Assembly (NCBI GenBank): GCA_963726065.1
Contig: CAVSAU010000014.1
Coordinates: forward strand, 2,517 to 66,516
Direction: 5' to 3'
Source: an uncultured Alphaproteobacteria bacterium
GTDB taxonomy: Bacteria; Pseudomonadota; Alphaproteobacteria; Rhizobiales; Rhizobiaceae
DNA: 64,000 nucleotides
Both the position numbers and the translations under genes were made by a program. A model generated the notes under the pieces. The model saw only the letters and a list, made by a program, of their open reading frames with translations, had not been told where the DNA came from and did not search any database. Of this stretch, positions 41,058-53,545 are shown piece after piece. Positions within the stretch are counted from its first letter, which is position 1; every line of letters begins with the position of its first letter.

Positions 41058-42716
41058 GTGCCGTCCATAAACCGTTGTTTTTGCGAGTATTCAGGGCGGT
41101 TTGGCGGCTCAATGGATGTTGTTTTTGCTGCTCGTAATGGCGCAAGAGGTTGAGATCGCGACCGAGAGTGTTTGCAACGGTCATGCGGACATAAGGTATC
41201 GGCCGCGCTTGCCGGCATGCCATTGAGGCGACCCGATGAGTGGGGTCAGCTGGGTGTGAGGCGGGCGAACAGGGCGAGGTTGTAAGCGACCACCGAGGAC
41301 CAGACGTAAGCCTTGAAGCGGGTGAGGCCGCGCCAGGTGCAGCAGGCCGGACCGTAAGCGCGTTTTAGGCAGGAGATGTCGGCCTCGATGCCGGCGCGGA
41401 AGTTCCTCAGCTTGCGGTAGACCCAGCGGCTCCTGACCATGTCTTCTATTTTGAGGCCCGCCTTCTTGTGGAAGGCCATGTCGCGCACGCCCCAGGCCTT
41501 GGCCTGGCTCAGATTGGCGCGGCTGGCAAAGCCGCCATCGGCGGCCGCCTGCCGCGGCGCTTGGCCATAAAAAGCGATGTGGCGCTCCAGCATTGGCAGC
41601 AGACGTTCGCTGTCGGCCGGGTTGCCTGCCTCGATGACGAGATCCAGGAAGAGGCCGCTTCTGCCGGTGGTCAGATTGAGCTTGTGACCGTAATCGACAT
41701 CGCGACGGCCCTTGACGATAATGTCGGCATGCGGCTCGAAGAGGCTTACCAGCTTCTCATCGGCGGGCACCGCCTCGCCGCCCAGGACCCGCTCGGTCTG
41801 GTCGATGATCCGTACAATCAGCGGCTGGTAGTGGCAGACGGTGGCCTGCCAGAGTTCGACGGCTGGGCTCGCGGCCGGAGGCAATTGCTGCGCCGCCTGC
41901 TGAAGATGGCTCAAGGTGGTGCGCGTGATCCTGAGCAGCTCGCGATAGGACTTGATCCGTTGGAGACGGCTGCGGGCATACTCGATCGTCCGGGCCCGCT
42001 TCTTCGCCGCGCGGCAGTGATCATGCCATGGGGTGGCGCTGCCCAAGGCATCGGCCGCGTAGAGCAGCCGCACCATCACCCGCACGGCGTCCCATAACAG
42101 GCTGTTGTCGCTCGGCGTGTGGATGAATGCTGCAGTGACGGTGCTGTCAACACGCACGACGTTGCCGTTTTCCAACCTGTCTCGCCGGGCGCTCGTCAAC
42201 AGCCTCCGATTGATCTCTTCCCAGGTTTCCGCCCGGATCGCGCTGATCGTCTTGTGCAAGACCGACTTCTTCGGGCTCCATCCCCACGGCAGCCGGGCAA
42301 AGGCTCGGAACGATGCGGAATCTTCCAGATGAAACGCCAGCTCCTGATAACTCAACTGGCGGTATTGCTTAAGCAGCGCACAGCGCAGCACTGCTTCCGC
42401 CGGCAGACCCTGCCGGCCGGTTTCCTTGAGATCGCGCCGACGCAGATCCTCAGCCACCTGGCCCAGCACATCACAATGCGCGTCCAGCCAGTGCGATATC
42501 GCTTGCAGTTCGCGGCCGATCTCGTGTTCGGCGAACAGATCAAATATACTTGCCTGGACGGTGCGTTCTTGGCGCATTGTCGGCTCCGGCGGTTGCGGGT
42601 TTGTCTTTAGAATCAGTCGCTTGATGCTAAAGAGTACCTGAAACCGCCGGGCTTCGCTCGCAGAAAACCGCAATTAGTCTAATAATATCAGCTATTTACC
42701 GTTTATGGACGGGCAC
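41058..42716 (-). mobile_element. ISNCY-family insertion sequence (ISRm17-like), apparently intact
   Basis: IRs GTGCCGTCCATAAAC and GTTTATGGACGGGCAC; direct repeat TAGTCTA at 41051-57 and 42717-23. Confidence 0.85.
41246..42577 (-). CDS. DDE transposase
   Basis: MRQERTVQASIFDLF; RVDSTV, ADGGF, FRAGIEADISCLKR motifs. Confidence 0.9.
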   Translation of the reverse strand: MRQERTVQASIFDLFAEHEIGRELQAISHWLDAHCDVLGQVAEDLRRRDLKETGRQGLPAEAVLRCALLKQYRQLSYQELAFHLEDSASFRAFARLPWGWSPKKSVLHKTISAIRAETWEEINRRLLTSARRDRLENGNVVRVDSTVTAAFIHTPSDNSLLWDAVRVMVRLLYAADALGSATPWHDHCRAAKKRARTIEYARSRLQRIKSYRELLRITRTTLSHLQQAAQQLPPAASPAVELWQATVCHYQPLIVRIIDQTERVLGGEAVPADEKLVSLFEPHADIIVKGRRDVDYGHKLNLTTGRSGLFLDLVIEAGNPADSERLLPMLERHIAFYGQAPRQAAADGGFASRANLSQAKAWGVRDMAFHKKAGLKIEDMVRSRWVYRKLRNFRAGIEADISCLKRAYGPACCTWRGLTRFKAYVWSSVVAYNLALFARLTPS

Positions 42717-42980
42717 TAGTCTAAGGTCAGCACTCATTGATCCAGAAGATGAATGCTGAGGCATCGATCGTATCGTGTGTGGATGCGCCGTCAGTCGGTG
42801 GAACTGTAGGCCTGTCGGCGAGCAGGAGGCGGGCGGTAGATGCTCAAGAACCGCGGCAGCGATCTTGTGATCGTTGGCTTGGCCATCTGCCAGGTGAAGG
42901 AGCAGCGGACCCCCTTGTTGTCAGTTGCGTCCCAAACGTAGACAACGGGCGTGACGGGACCATAGCTGTGCTCTAGTACT

Positions 42981-43262
42981 TCAAGGATGTTTTGCAGCAA
43001 CAAGCGCGTCGATCCTGGCACAGAGGTTTTTTATAACAAAATATTCTTCAGTCGATACCTTGCCATCGTTAACTTCCTGGGTCCACTTCTCTAGGGGCAC
43101 CTTGATCCCAAATTCCCTATCAATGGCGAATACGATATCGAGGAAGTCCAAGCTGTCGATTCCGAGATCATCAATAGTGTGGCTTTCTGGCGTGATCGCA
43201 TCAACGTCGATTTCGCTTGTGTCAGCAATGATTTTCGAAACTGTTTCGAACGTATTGTCCAT
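42981..43262 (-). CDS. acpXL: AcpXL-type acyl carrier protein
   Basis: [58 protein letters not shown]. Confidence 0.85.
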   Translation of the reverse strand: MDNTFETVSKIIADTSEIDVDAITPESHTIDDLGIDSLDFLDIVFAIDREFGIKVPLEKWTQEVNDGKVSTEEYFVIKNLCARIDALVAAKHP

Positions 43263-43522
43263 CCAACACCGTTCCCTACGCTACTATTTTTTAAATGTGT
43301 GCTCGCTCTCTAGTCTTTTTTTTCTGCCGCGAGAAGTCATATCTGCGCCGCTGGTTTCTCGGCCAAAGCGCACCCAAGGCGGTGAGGACTGCGATGCATC
43401 GAGATACGACACGGTGGCGATCGCGTCGACCGCCGCGTCGATATCCTTGTCAGGATATACCCTGTGAACAGCTAATGGAATTTCGCGCACAATATGCTTC
43501 CAGCAGCTGGGAGGGTAGCGCG

Positions 43523-43708
43523 ATGCCAACAAAAATCCGGGAAGGCAACGAGATACTGGTCAGGGGCAAAGTGAAGGTGGTCGATGGCACCAACATCACG
43601 CTCCGGAGTATTGGCTATAGCATCCCCATTACAATGAAGTCCGACGAGCCCTCGATCGTCAGCGTCGGAAAGCCAGATGTGAAGCGGCCGCGCGATGATA
43701 TGGTTTAG
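43523..43708 (+). CDS. small hypothetical protein
   Basis: GGAGG RBS; 61 aa, MPTKIREGNEILVRGKV... Confidence 0.45.
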   Translation: MPTKIREGNEILVRGKVKVVDGTNITLRSIGYSIPITMKSDEPSIVSVGKPDVKRPRDDMV

Positions 43709-44282
43709 CAGCTTCGGACCACGACCCCTTCATTACCTGCGCACCAGCAACGGTCGTCAACCGGAGCGCTACTGACTTTCTTATCGAAGGGGGCGGGCCA
43801 AGCTGGAACGGCTCGCACCAATTGTCGTCGTTTATGTAGCAGCAGCCCGCCTTTCACTCCGGTCACCTTCACGTTCTGTTCGTGCGATGATCGCGGCTAG
43901 TGATGTTGGGGAGAGTCTGCGGCTGGATGGTCCGATCCGGCGGCGGAGGCGGTGGAGGCCCCGCTACGTCTAAATGGTGCGCGTCGTCCCAGCGTTCGTC
44001 TGCCAGCGTCAAAAACAGTGCGCCATTCTCGGTCGGGCCATCGCTGTTCGCAAATTTGCGATAGCGGTCCGCGGCGAACATAAGCCAAAGTGCAAACCGG
44101 CGAGAGCTGCGGTTATTTTAACCACGATTAATCCCCCACATTTCCGAGCGTGCTTCAAATTTCAAGCAAGCGTCTCGCATCTTGTAACGGCTAGCGACAA
44201 TCTCGGCAGCCTTGTCGAGTTCTGGGAAGAGGACGCTGGCATCGATGCCGATACGACCCAACTGCCCTGGTATCCAGATCTC

Positions 44283-45596
<1,314 letters not shown>

Positions 45597-45852
45597 TTCG
45601 TACCTGCGAGAATTCCCGGGCCATTGTCCAGTGCCTGCCCGGAAGCGCGCGCCGAGATAGTGGTGTCGGTCGGCACTCGAGGCTGGGCAGGAAAGCATGT
45701 CCTTCAGCCGATAATAGGTGCCTACCATTGGCAGGAACCACGGCTTTTTATGCAACGGCATTGCATTCCAGTCCATGCCACCGATTGGATTTGGAATTTG
45801 AGCTTCACATAGCAATTTCCGCTAGCACGTCGACCGTGAACAATTTGAGTTC

Positions 45853-46120
45853 TTAAGCGGTGAGTTGCTTGGGCGGGTTTTGAAGCAACGTGATCACGAG
45901 GCACAAAAATGCCCTCAGCCATTTGAGCAGGAGGGAGAAGTTGTAGCCGGCGGCCGCCAGCACAGCGTTGATCCCATCGGCCTTTGCGTGAGCGAGGTAG
46001 GCGCGGCCCATTTTGTGCCGGCTCCAATGCCGACCTCCGGAAATGGCAATAATTTCCGGCAAGGCGTCCCGGCTGACGGCGTACTCTCCCGCCACTCAAG
46101 CGACAAGCCGATTCTGGGGA
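45853..46120 (-). mobile_element. IS5-family transposase C-terminal remnant
   Basis: MGRAYLAHAKADGINAVLAAAGYNFSLLLKWL. Confidence 0.65.
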
Positions 46121-46279
46121 CAAGGCGTGTTTCATGTCGCGTCCGTGTCGCGTGGACCTGCCGACAGTTTTGAGAAACCCTTGGAAATCAACGGAAATTT
46201 TTGCAGCGCTTTGCGAGATGAAACCGGCATTTCTGCCGGTTCGATTTTGCATAAATATCTGATTTTATTAGGAGAAAAG

Positions 46280-46356
46280 TGGTAGCGGGAGAGGGACTTG
46301 AACCCCCGACCCCAGGATTATGATTCCCGTGCTCTAACCAACTGAGCTACCCCGCC
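46280..46356 (-). tRNA. tRNA-Met (CAT), elongator-type
   Basis: GGCGGGGTAGCTCAGTTGGTTAGAGCACGGGAATCATAATCCTGGGGTCGGGGGTTCAAGTCCCTCTCCCGCTACCA. Confidence 0.95.
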
Positions 46357-46579
46357 ATCGGGATGACGCCTTGCCTGGAGAGCCGCTATCGCGATGCGGG
46401 TTCGTCCGGCCAGCGCCAAGGTCGCGCGGATATAAGGTTGCGACGCCAACCCTGTCAAGCGCCGTCAGGCGGCCTGCGGCAAGAAGATCGCAGTATCCCC
46501 CGGCACGGCACTGCGGCGGGGTTGAGTTCCATCCGCCGCATCGTTATGTCTCCGCCACGCATTTCTTGGTCAGGAATTG

Positions 46580-47533
46580 ATGAAACCGCGTATCGCTGTT
46601 CTTGGTTGCGGCTATTGGGGCAGCAACCACATCCGCACGCTCAAATCGCTCGGCGCCCTCTACGCGGTTTCGGACGCCAACCTCGCGCGCGCCGAAGGTT
46701 TCGCCAGCGAGCAGGAATGCCTAGCGATCGCGCCCGACGAATTGATCACCCGCACCGAGGTTGACGCCATCGTCATGGCGTTGCCGCCACAGTTCCACGC
46801 CGAATGCGCCATCAAGGCGGTCGAGAACGGCAAGGACGTGCTAGTCGAGAAGCCGATCGCGCTCACCGTCACTGATGCCGAGCGCGCCGTCAGTGCCGCC
46901 GAGGCCAACAAGCGCATCTTCATGGTCGGCCATGTGCTGCGGTTCCATCCGGCGTTCGAGCGGCTGAAAGAGTTGATCGACAGCGGCGAACTCGGCGAAG
47001 TCAAATATATCCACTCACACCGGCTTGGGCTCGGCAAGTTCCATACCGAAAACGACGCGCTTTGGGACCTGGCGCCGCACGATCTGTCGATGATCCTGGC
47101 AATCACCGGTGCGGAACCGCTGGAGATTCGCGGCGAGGGGGCGGCACTGCTCGACCACCTCAGCGATTTCGCGCATCTTCACATGCGTTTCCCCAATGGG
47201 CTGCGCAGCCATCTCTTCACTTCGCGTCTCAATCCCTACCGCGAGCGCCGGTTGACCGTTGTCGGCACCAGGGCGATGGCGGTGTTCGACGATGTCGAGC
47301 CGTGGGAGCGAAAACTCGCCGTCTACCGGCACGCCGTGTGGCAGGACAGCGGCCAGTGGGCTTTCACCCAGAACGAGCCGTCCTATGTGCCAGTGGATGA
47401 GGGCATGCCGCTAACGCGCGAACTGCAGCACTTCCTGCAATGCATCGAGACCCGCGAAGCGCCACGCACCGGCGGCGAGGAAGCCGTCCGCGTGCTGAAG
47501 ATACTCACCGCCGGAACGGTCACCCACGATTGA
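46580..47533 (+). CDS. Gfo/Idh/MocA family oxidoreductase
   Basis: LGCGYWG, VLVEKP, VGHVLRFHP, WDLAPHD motifs. Confidence 0.9.
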   Translation: MKPRIAVLGCGYWGSNHIRTLKSLGALYAVSDANLARAEGFASEQECLAIAPDELITRTEVDAIVMALPPQFHAECAIKAVENGKDVLVEKPIALTVTDAERAVSAAEANKRIFMVGHVLRFHPAFERLKELIDSGELGEVKYIHSHRLGLGKFHTENDALWDLAPHDLSMILAITGAEPLEIRGEGAALLDHLSDFAHLHMRFPNGLRSHLFTSRLNPYRERRLTVVGTRAMAVFDDVEPWERKLAVYRHAVWQDSGQWAFTQNEPSYVPVDEGMPLTRELQHFLQCIETREAPRTGGEEAVRVLKILTAGTVTHD

Positions 47534-47563
47534 GGGGCAGCAGGCACGTAGAAGAAGGACTGC

Positions 47564-48755
47564 CTACTCTGCTGCGACACGTGGCGGCTGGCTGACCAGC
47601 TTCGACAGCATCGCTTCGGCCTCGGCGCCGCGCTCGGAGCGTTCGATGAAGCCGCCGCCGAAGACGCGGGCGTCGTCACCGTCATCGCCGTAGAGAACGC
47701 AGGCCTGGCCGGGCGCAATGCCGGATTCGCCGTCGACCAGTTCCACCCAGGTGGCGTCGGCCCGCTGGTGCAGCACGGCGGGACGTGGTGGCCGCGTTGA
47801 GCGCACCTTGGCAAACAGCTCCATTCCCGCGGCGGGAATGTCCGACAGATTGCCGTCGCCCAGCCAGTTGACTGAGCGCAGGAAGATTTTGTGGGTTTCC
47901 AGCGCTTCACGTGGCCCGACGATGACGCGGGCTAGGTCGGCGTCGAGATGCACCACATAAAGCGGTTCGCCCGAGGCGACGCCGATGCCGCGCCGCTGCC
48001 CGATCGTGTAGCGCAGGATACCGTCATGGCGGCCGAGCACGCGGCCGTCGATATGCACGATGTCACCCGGGGAGGCCGCCATCGGCTTCAGCTTGGCGAT
48101 GATGTCGGAATATTTGCCCTGCGGCACGAAGCAGATGTCCTGGCTGTCGGCCTTGGCGGCAACGCTCAGCCCCATCTCCTCGGCGACCGCGCGCACGGCG
48201 GGCTTTGACATGCCCCCGAGCGGGAAACGCAGATAATCGATCTGTTCCTGCGTCGTGGCGAACAGGAAGTAGCTCTGGTCGCGATCGGCGTCGACCGGAC
48301 GGTAGAGCGCACGGTGCGCGCCGTTGGCGCGGCTGCGGATATAGTGGCCAGTAGCCAGCGCGGCGGCGCCAAGCTCCTGGGCGGTCGCCAGGAGGTCGGC
48401 GAACTTGACGGTCTGGTTGCACGATACGCAGGGGATCGGCGTCTCGCCCGAAACGTAGCTTTCGGCGAACGGATCGATCACGGCCTTACGGAAGCGTTCC
48501 TCGTAGTCGAGCACATAGTGCGGAATGCCGAGCGTTTCGGCGACGCGCTGCGCATCGGCGATATCCTGGCCGGCGCAGCAAGAGCCGGTGCGGTGGGTGG
48601 CTGCGCCATGATCATAGAGCTGCAATGTTACGCCGACGACATCGTAACCCTCGCGCTTCAGGAGGCCGGCGACGACGGACGAAATCGACGCCACCCGACA
48701 TCGCAACGACGATTCGGGTCTCTTCGGGGCGCCCCGGAAGGTCCAGGCTGTTCAT
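47564..48755 (-). CDS. mnmA: tRNA 2-thiouridylase MnmA, apparent +1 frameshift near 48683 (likely sequencing error)
   Basis: VAMSGGVD|[49 protein letters not shown]. Confidence 0.93.
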
Positions 48756-48975
48756 GATCGCAATTTCCGCTGTTCGGCTGCCGGCTTCATGCCAATGCGA
48801 GGAATATAGGTCAAGCACCAGCGAAGCGCCACCTCCGCGGCAACGTCAACGAAAAGAGGAGTGGCAGGGCCGCAGGCTCGGCGTTTTCCGCTCCCGGCAA
48901 GAGATTGGTTCGCCGTGCGATCGGGAAACTTTGAATTGAAATGGAACATCAAACCTAACGAGTGCCTCACTATCC

Positions 48976-49022
48976 TTAACTATCATTACCTTTCGCTTAC
49001 CAGGCGCTTAGGCAATTTTTAA
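48976..49022 (+). promoter_or_regulatory. phased CtrA-like half sites upstream of sciP
   Basis: TTAA(48976) TTAC(48986) TTAC(48997) TTAG(49008) TTAA(49019); the last four are N7-spaced. Confidence 0.65.
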
Positions 49023-49078
49023 AGCCATCGCGTTATGGTGATCGTGATTGGGTCTTTTAAGTTTGTGTAGAGAGTAGA

Positions 49079-49354
49079 ATGACCGATCTGGTTAGACCGC
49101 GAGTCAAATATGTTATTGGGCCCGACGGCAGCCCGCTTACCATTGCCGATCTGCCGCCGACCAATACAAGGCGCTGGGTTATCCGGCGCAAGGCGGAAGT
49201 CGTTGCAGCCGTGCGTGGCGGCCTGCTGAGCCTCGATGAGGCATGCCAGCGTTACAAGCTGACGGTCGAGGAATTCCTGTCCTGGCAGGCGTCGATCGAT
49301 GAATACGGGCTTGCCGGTCTGCGCACCACGCGAATCCAGCAATACCGGCACTAA
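49079..49354 (+). CDS. sciP: CtrA inhibitor SciP (DUF1153)
   Basis: YVIGPDGSPLTIADLPP..TRRWVIRRKAEVVAAVRGGLLS. Confidence 0.95.
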   Translation: MTDLVRPRVKYVIGPDGSPLTIADLPPTNTRRWVIRRKAEVVAAVRGGLLSLDEACQRYKLTVEEFLSWQASIDEYGLAGLRTTRIQQYRH

Positions 49355-49731
49355 AGCGGTATGCGTTCGGGCTGAACCGGGCATTTTTGCCCTGGCTCAC
49401 TGCTTCAGCCGCATTGTACGAAGCCAGGTGATTCCACCTGGCGGCGAAAAGCCTTGCGCAACGACACTGACGCGGAAGCCCGTATCCGTCATCATCGAGG
49501 CGAACGCTTCAACAGCCGGCATGATGTGGTCATCATGTCGGCCGTCGGCGATCGACGCCGCCCTTCTTGGCTGGTTTCGCGCGTTTTTCGAGCTGCCGTG
49601 CTCGACGTCGTGCTGGTGGCGCTGGCGATCTTCGCCGCCAAGGTCAGCAGTCCCCGTGATGTCTCACCAATCCGGGCTTCGATTCTTCGCAGGTTCAATG
49701 AAGATGCGGAAGGATGTCTGGCTGATGCAGG

Positions 49732-50109
49732 TCAGCCGATCATCGCGTTGCGGCCGTCGGTTCCGGTCTCGCGCATCTTGCTGTCGCGGGACTCCAGCAT
49801 TTCCGCCTTGGAAAGCTCCGCTTCAGCTTCGGCGAGTATGGATTCGGCAGCACTTTTCTGCTGGGCAAGATCGAATTGGGAGTTTTTGAGGTTGTCACGC
49901 CGCAAACGGGCCGCTCTGGCAAAGGTTGGATAGGCGAAATGGTTGATGTCGCTGATCCCCGCCTTCTTTTCCTCGGCGTTGATCTGCACCTCCAGTTCGG
50001 TCGCCATGCGGTCGAACTCCGCGATCATCATGTCGAGCTGCTGGAGCTGACGGCGCTTTTCATTGACCTGGAACTGCTTCAGCCGAACAAGGTTCTCGCG
50101 TGACTTCAT
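49732..50109 (-). CDS. FliJ-like coiled-coil protein divergent from ctrA
   Basis: MKSRENLVRLKQFQVNEKRRQ...HFAYPTFARAA. Confidence 0.8.
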   Translation of the reverse strand: MKSRENLVRLKQFQVNEKRRQLQQLDMMIAEFDRMATELEVQINAEEKKAGISDINHFAYPTFARAARLRRDNLKNSQFDLAQQKSAAESILAEAEAELSKAEMLESRDSKMRETGTDGRNAMIG

Positions 50110-50229
50110 GTCTCGGTACTCCAACGCAGTTACTCAGGCCTTGCGGCCGCAACATACAACACACGCAGCCGTCTCCGCCTCACCGGCATTGCAGACCCGC
50201 TTTGGAAAACAAATTCCTAAGATTTTGGT

Positions 50230-50480
50230 CCGCCGGTAACCATTCGTTTACGGGCATTGTTAATCATACGCGTCAGGACTTAAGGCAGGGTAAAAATTCC
50301 AGTCCAACCGGTGGGTGCCAAAGGGTCAGCGACCAGAGTCACATATTCCGGTTTGTTAATGTTTTTCGGTGGTCATCGACACGGGTGATTCATCATTAGA
50401 TTCAAGAGGGTGTGGCCAATAGCTAAAAAATCTGATATCGCATTGCAGGCGGAATTAGATTTTGTTAACCATTCGGTGGC
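50230..50480 (+). promoter_or_regulatory. ctrA promoter region with CtrA-like boxes and GANTC sites
   Basis: TTAA-N7-TAAA (50280-94), TTAACCAT (50465), GATTC at 50387 and 50399. Confidence 0.6.
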
Positions 50481-50556
50481 AGCCTCCGACTAAGGCAATC
50501 ACTGCGCCGGCCCGGATCCGCGAAAAACCGGTTCGGTCGCAGAAAAGGGGAATGAA

Positions 50557-51252
50557 ATGCGTGTTCTGCTGATTGAAGACGACAGTGCAACCGCACAAAG
50601 CATCGAATTGATGCTGAAATCGGAGAGTTTCAACGTCTACACGACCGATCTCGGCGAAGAAGGCGTGGATCTCGGCAAACTCTACGACTACGACATCATT
50701 CTCCTCGACCTGAACCTCCCCGACATGTCGGGTTACGAGGTTCTGCGCACGCTTCGCTTGTCAAAGGTAAAGACGCCGATCCTGATCCTTTCCGGCATGG
50801 CCGGTATCGAGGACAAGGTTCGCGGCCTTGGCTTCGGCGCAGATGACTACATGACCAAGCCTTTCCACAAGGACGAACTGGTCGCTCGCATTCACGCCAT
50901 CGTACGCCGCTCAAAGGGCCACGCCCAATCGGTCATCTCGACCGGTGACCTGATCGTCAATCTCGACGCCAAAACAGTCGAAGTCGGCGGCCAGCGCGTG
51001 CATCTGACTGGCAAGGAATATCAGATGCTGGAGTTGCTCTCACTGCGCAAGGGCACGACGCTGACTAAGGAAATGTTCCTCAACCATCTTTATGGCGGCA
51101 TGGACGAACCGGAACTGAAAATCATCGACGTCTTCATCTGCAAGTTGCGCAAGAAGCTCGACGCGGCGTCCGGCGGCCAGAATTACATCGAAACAGTTTG
51201 GGGCCGCGGCTATGTGCTGCGCGAGCCCGAGGACATCCGCGAAAGCGCCTGA
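50557..51252 (+). CDS. ctrA: cell-cycle master regulator CtrA
   Basis: [20 protein letters not shown]...[19 protein letters not shown]. Confidence 0.98.
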   Translation: MRVLLIEDDSATAQSIELMLKSESFNVYTTDLGEEGVDLGKLYDYDIILLDLNLPDMSGYEVLRTLRLSKVKTPILILSGMAGIEDKVRGLGFGADDYMTKPFHKDELVARIHAIVRRSKGHAQSVISTGDLIVNLDAKTVEVGGQRVHLTGKEYQMLELLSLRKGTTLTKEMFLNHLYGGMDEPELKIIDVFICKLRKKLDAASGGQNYIETVWGRGYVLREPEDIRESA

Positions 51253-51268
51253 TCTCTCCAGAATTCAA

Positions 51269-51300
51269 CAAGAAACCCGGCAACTCTGCCGGGTTTCTTG
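51269..51300. terminator. bidirectional intrinsic terminator
   Basis: CAAGAAACCCGGCA-ACTC-TGCCGGGTTTCTTG between convergent genes. Confidence 0.8.
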
Positions 51301-51335
51301 TTATAAGCCGGCTAATTTGGCGTTAAGTATACGAA

Positions 51336-51702
51336 TCACGCAACCAATTCGAGGCTGCGGAAGCGTTGCAGCAATTGCGGCCGGTTGAACGGCTTCAACA
51401 GATATCCCTGTGCGCCTGCACGCTTGGCGCGCATGATCGCGCCGATGTCGACCTCGGTCAGGCAGATGGCGATCTGCGGCTTTACGGGGCCTTGGATGGC
51501 GCGTACGCGCCGGATGAATTCCTCCGCCGACAGGTCGGGCAGGGCGGCTGTCGACAACGATGATGTCGGGCATGTCGTGCATGCACATTTCAAGGGCGTC
51601 ATAGCCGGACGCTGCCTCGATGACGATCATGGGACCGCCAAGGATGCGCTTGGCAACCTTGCGGATGACGCTTGAATCGTCGACGAACATGCAGCGTTTC
51701 AT
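51336..51702 (-). CDS. CheY-like single-domain response regulator, frameshift near 51550
   Basis: VDDSSVIRKVAKRIL...PDIIVVD | ALPD...AGAQGYLLKPF. Confidence 0.82.
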
Positions 51703-51863
51703 TTTCCTGTCCCCCAGGCGCCCGACCGAGCCGGAAACGCTCGAGCGGGATGGCTCAATCGTATCCGTTGCCTGTAAAGAACCGGGAAATCGGGAAACGT
51801 AAAGTTGTCAGCAAGGGGCGTCAACTCCTGCATTTTCCCGTCGATTTTCGCGGAAAGGTTGCC

Positions 51864-52494
51864 TCAGCTTGCCGAGAGAACGATTTCGTCCGCGGTTGCG
51901 CGGATCGAAATCGTCATGCCGGCCTCACGCGCCAGGAGCAGCGTGTAGTAGGGCTGCACGGCATGGGCGTCGATGGCTTCCTCAGGCTTGTTGCCGGAGT
52001 GCATCTCGAGAAATTTCGGCGGCACGCGCACCATCGGCCCTGAGGCGGCGAGTGTGAACTTCAGGTTCGGTTTCCAGATTGTCGAGCGTTACCGTGATCT
52101 TGCCGCCGCGCGGAATGGCGCCGTTGGCGATCAACACCAGATTGAGCAGCAGCTTGACCTTGTTTTTCGGCAGCAGCGCGCGGGTGCCGTTCCATACCAG
52201 CTCAGGCTTCTCGTTCTTGAGGAAACCGATGGCGACAGCTTCGGCATCGCCGGTGTCGATCAGCATGCCGGCTGAACCGGCGGCTCCGAATGCGATGCGG
52301 GCGAATTGCAGGCGTGCGGAAGCGTTGCGGGCGCTGGCGCGGATCAGGTTCATGGCGTCTTCATCCGCGCCGCCCTCGTCGAGAAGCTCGAGGCCGTTGT
52401 TGATGGCTCCCACCGGCGAAATGATGTCGTGACAGACGCGGCTGCACAGAAGCGCGGCCAAATCCGGCGCGGAAAGCGTGAAAAGTTCAGCCAT
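51864..52494 (-). CDS. chpT: histidine phosphotransferase ChpT, frameshift near 52063
   Basis: LAALLCSRVCHDIISPVGAINNGLELL; C-terminus VPPKFLE...IDAHAVQPYYT...VLSAS* in a shifted frame. Confidence 0.92.
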
Positions 52495-52835
52495 TTGTCA
52501 TGTCCCCGCGGTTCGCGTGCTGGCGTTGCCTGTTTTCTGCTCGCCTACCGGCGAATCATACATTCACATCGCCGCAATGTGGTTACACAGCGGGCGCGCA
52601 GGCATCAAGAAAACCCGGCTTAAAACATGCGAAAACGGCCTTCCGGGGCAAGTTTTCGTGCACGGAGGCGCGCAGGAGACGGCGCAGCCTTCGAACCGCC
52701 ATGTTCGTGCCGGAGCTTAATGGTTGAAAAAGGATTACGGCTTAATTTGACCGTGATATGCCGAATCAAGCGACCGCCAGAGTCGTGCGTGGCAGAGGTG
52801 TCGGCGGAAGTGCTCCAGGACGGAGATTTGGAAGC

Positions 52836-53414
52836 ATGTTTCCCAGACAAAACAGCCGAATTCATTTTCGGATCATCGCGGCGTTGATGGCCATTTTCGC
52901 GTCGCTTGCGTTTTCGGCGGCGGCGCGCGCTGAACAGTACACGGCGCAGGAAATCGTCGATGCCGGGCATGGCTTTTTTGGCGCGACGTCCGGCGGACTG
53001 GCGACCCTTGTGGAAAAGGCGTTCGCCTCGTACGGGCTGCCAAACGGCTACGTGCTTGGCGAAGAAGGTTCCGGCGCGATTGTCGGCGGCCTCACCTATG
53101 GCGAAGGCACGCTCTATACGAAGAATGCTGGCGACCATAAAGTTTTCTGGCAAGGGCCTTCGCTCGGCTGGGATTTCGGCGGCCAGGGATCGCGCTCGAT
53201 GATCCTCGTCTACAATCTCGACGATACGAACAATTTGTACAGGCGCTTTGTCGGCGTCGCGGGATCGGCCTATGTGGTGGCCGGCCTCGGCTTCAACGTA
53301 CTGAAGCACGAGAACATGCTGCTGGTTCCGATCCGCACCGGCGTCGGCGCGCGACTCGGCGTAAATGTAGGCTATCTCAAACTCACCGCGCAGCCGACCT
53401 GGAATCCGTTCTGA
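52836..53414 (+). CDS. eipA: DUF1134 periplasmic protein EipA
   Basis: GHGFFG, PNGYVLGEEGSGA, FWQGPSLGWDFGG, QPTWNPF; located next to chpT. Confidence 0.88.
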   Translation: MFPRQNSRIHFRIIAALMAIFASLAFSAAARAEQYTAQEIVDAGHGFFGATSGGLATLVEKAFASYGLPNGYVLGEEGSGAIVGGLTYGEGTLYTKNAGDHKVFWQGPSLGWDFGGQGSRSMILVYNLDDTNNLYRRFVGVAGSAYVVAGLGFNVLKHENMLLVPIRTGVGARLGVNVGYLKLTAQPTWNPF

Positions 53415-53545
53415 TCGCTGCCGTCAACACGCTTGCTGCCCGCCGCCCCTTGACTCTCAAGGCGCCGCGGCGGGCGATGCGGCTGTGGAATTGGCCTGGC
53501 GTCGAAAGGCGGTCGCCGGCCTGCCATGCGGAGCAGGTGATTCAC

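Noticed and set aside
45690-45815. C-terminal scrap of an FAD oxidoreductase (KPWFLPMVGTYYRLKD)
   Set aside because: Probably a real remnant cut by the IS, but too short to annotate confidently.
48675-48690. Programmed frameshift in mnmA
   Set aside because: No slippery heptamer; similar indels in neighbouring genes favour sequencing error.
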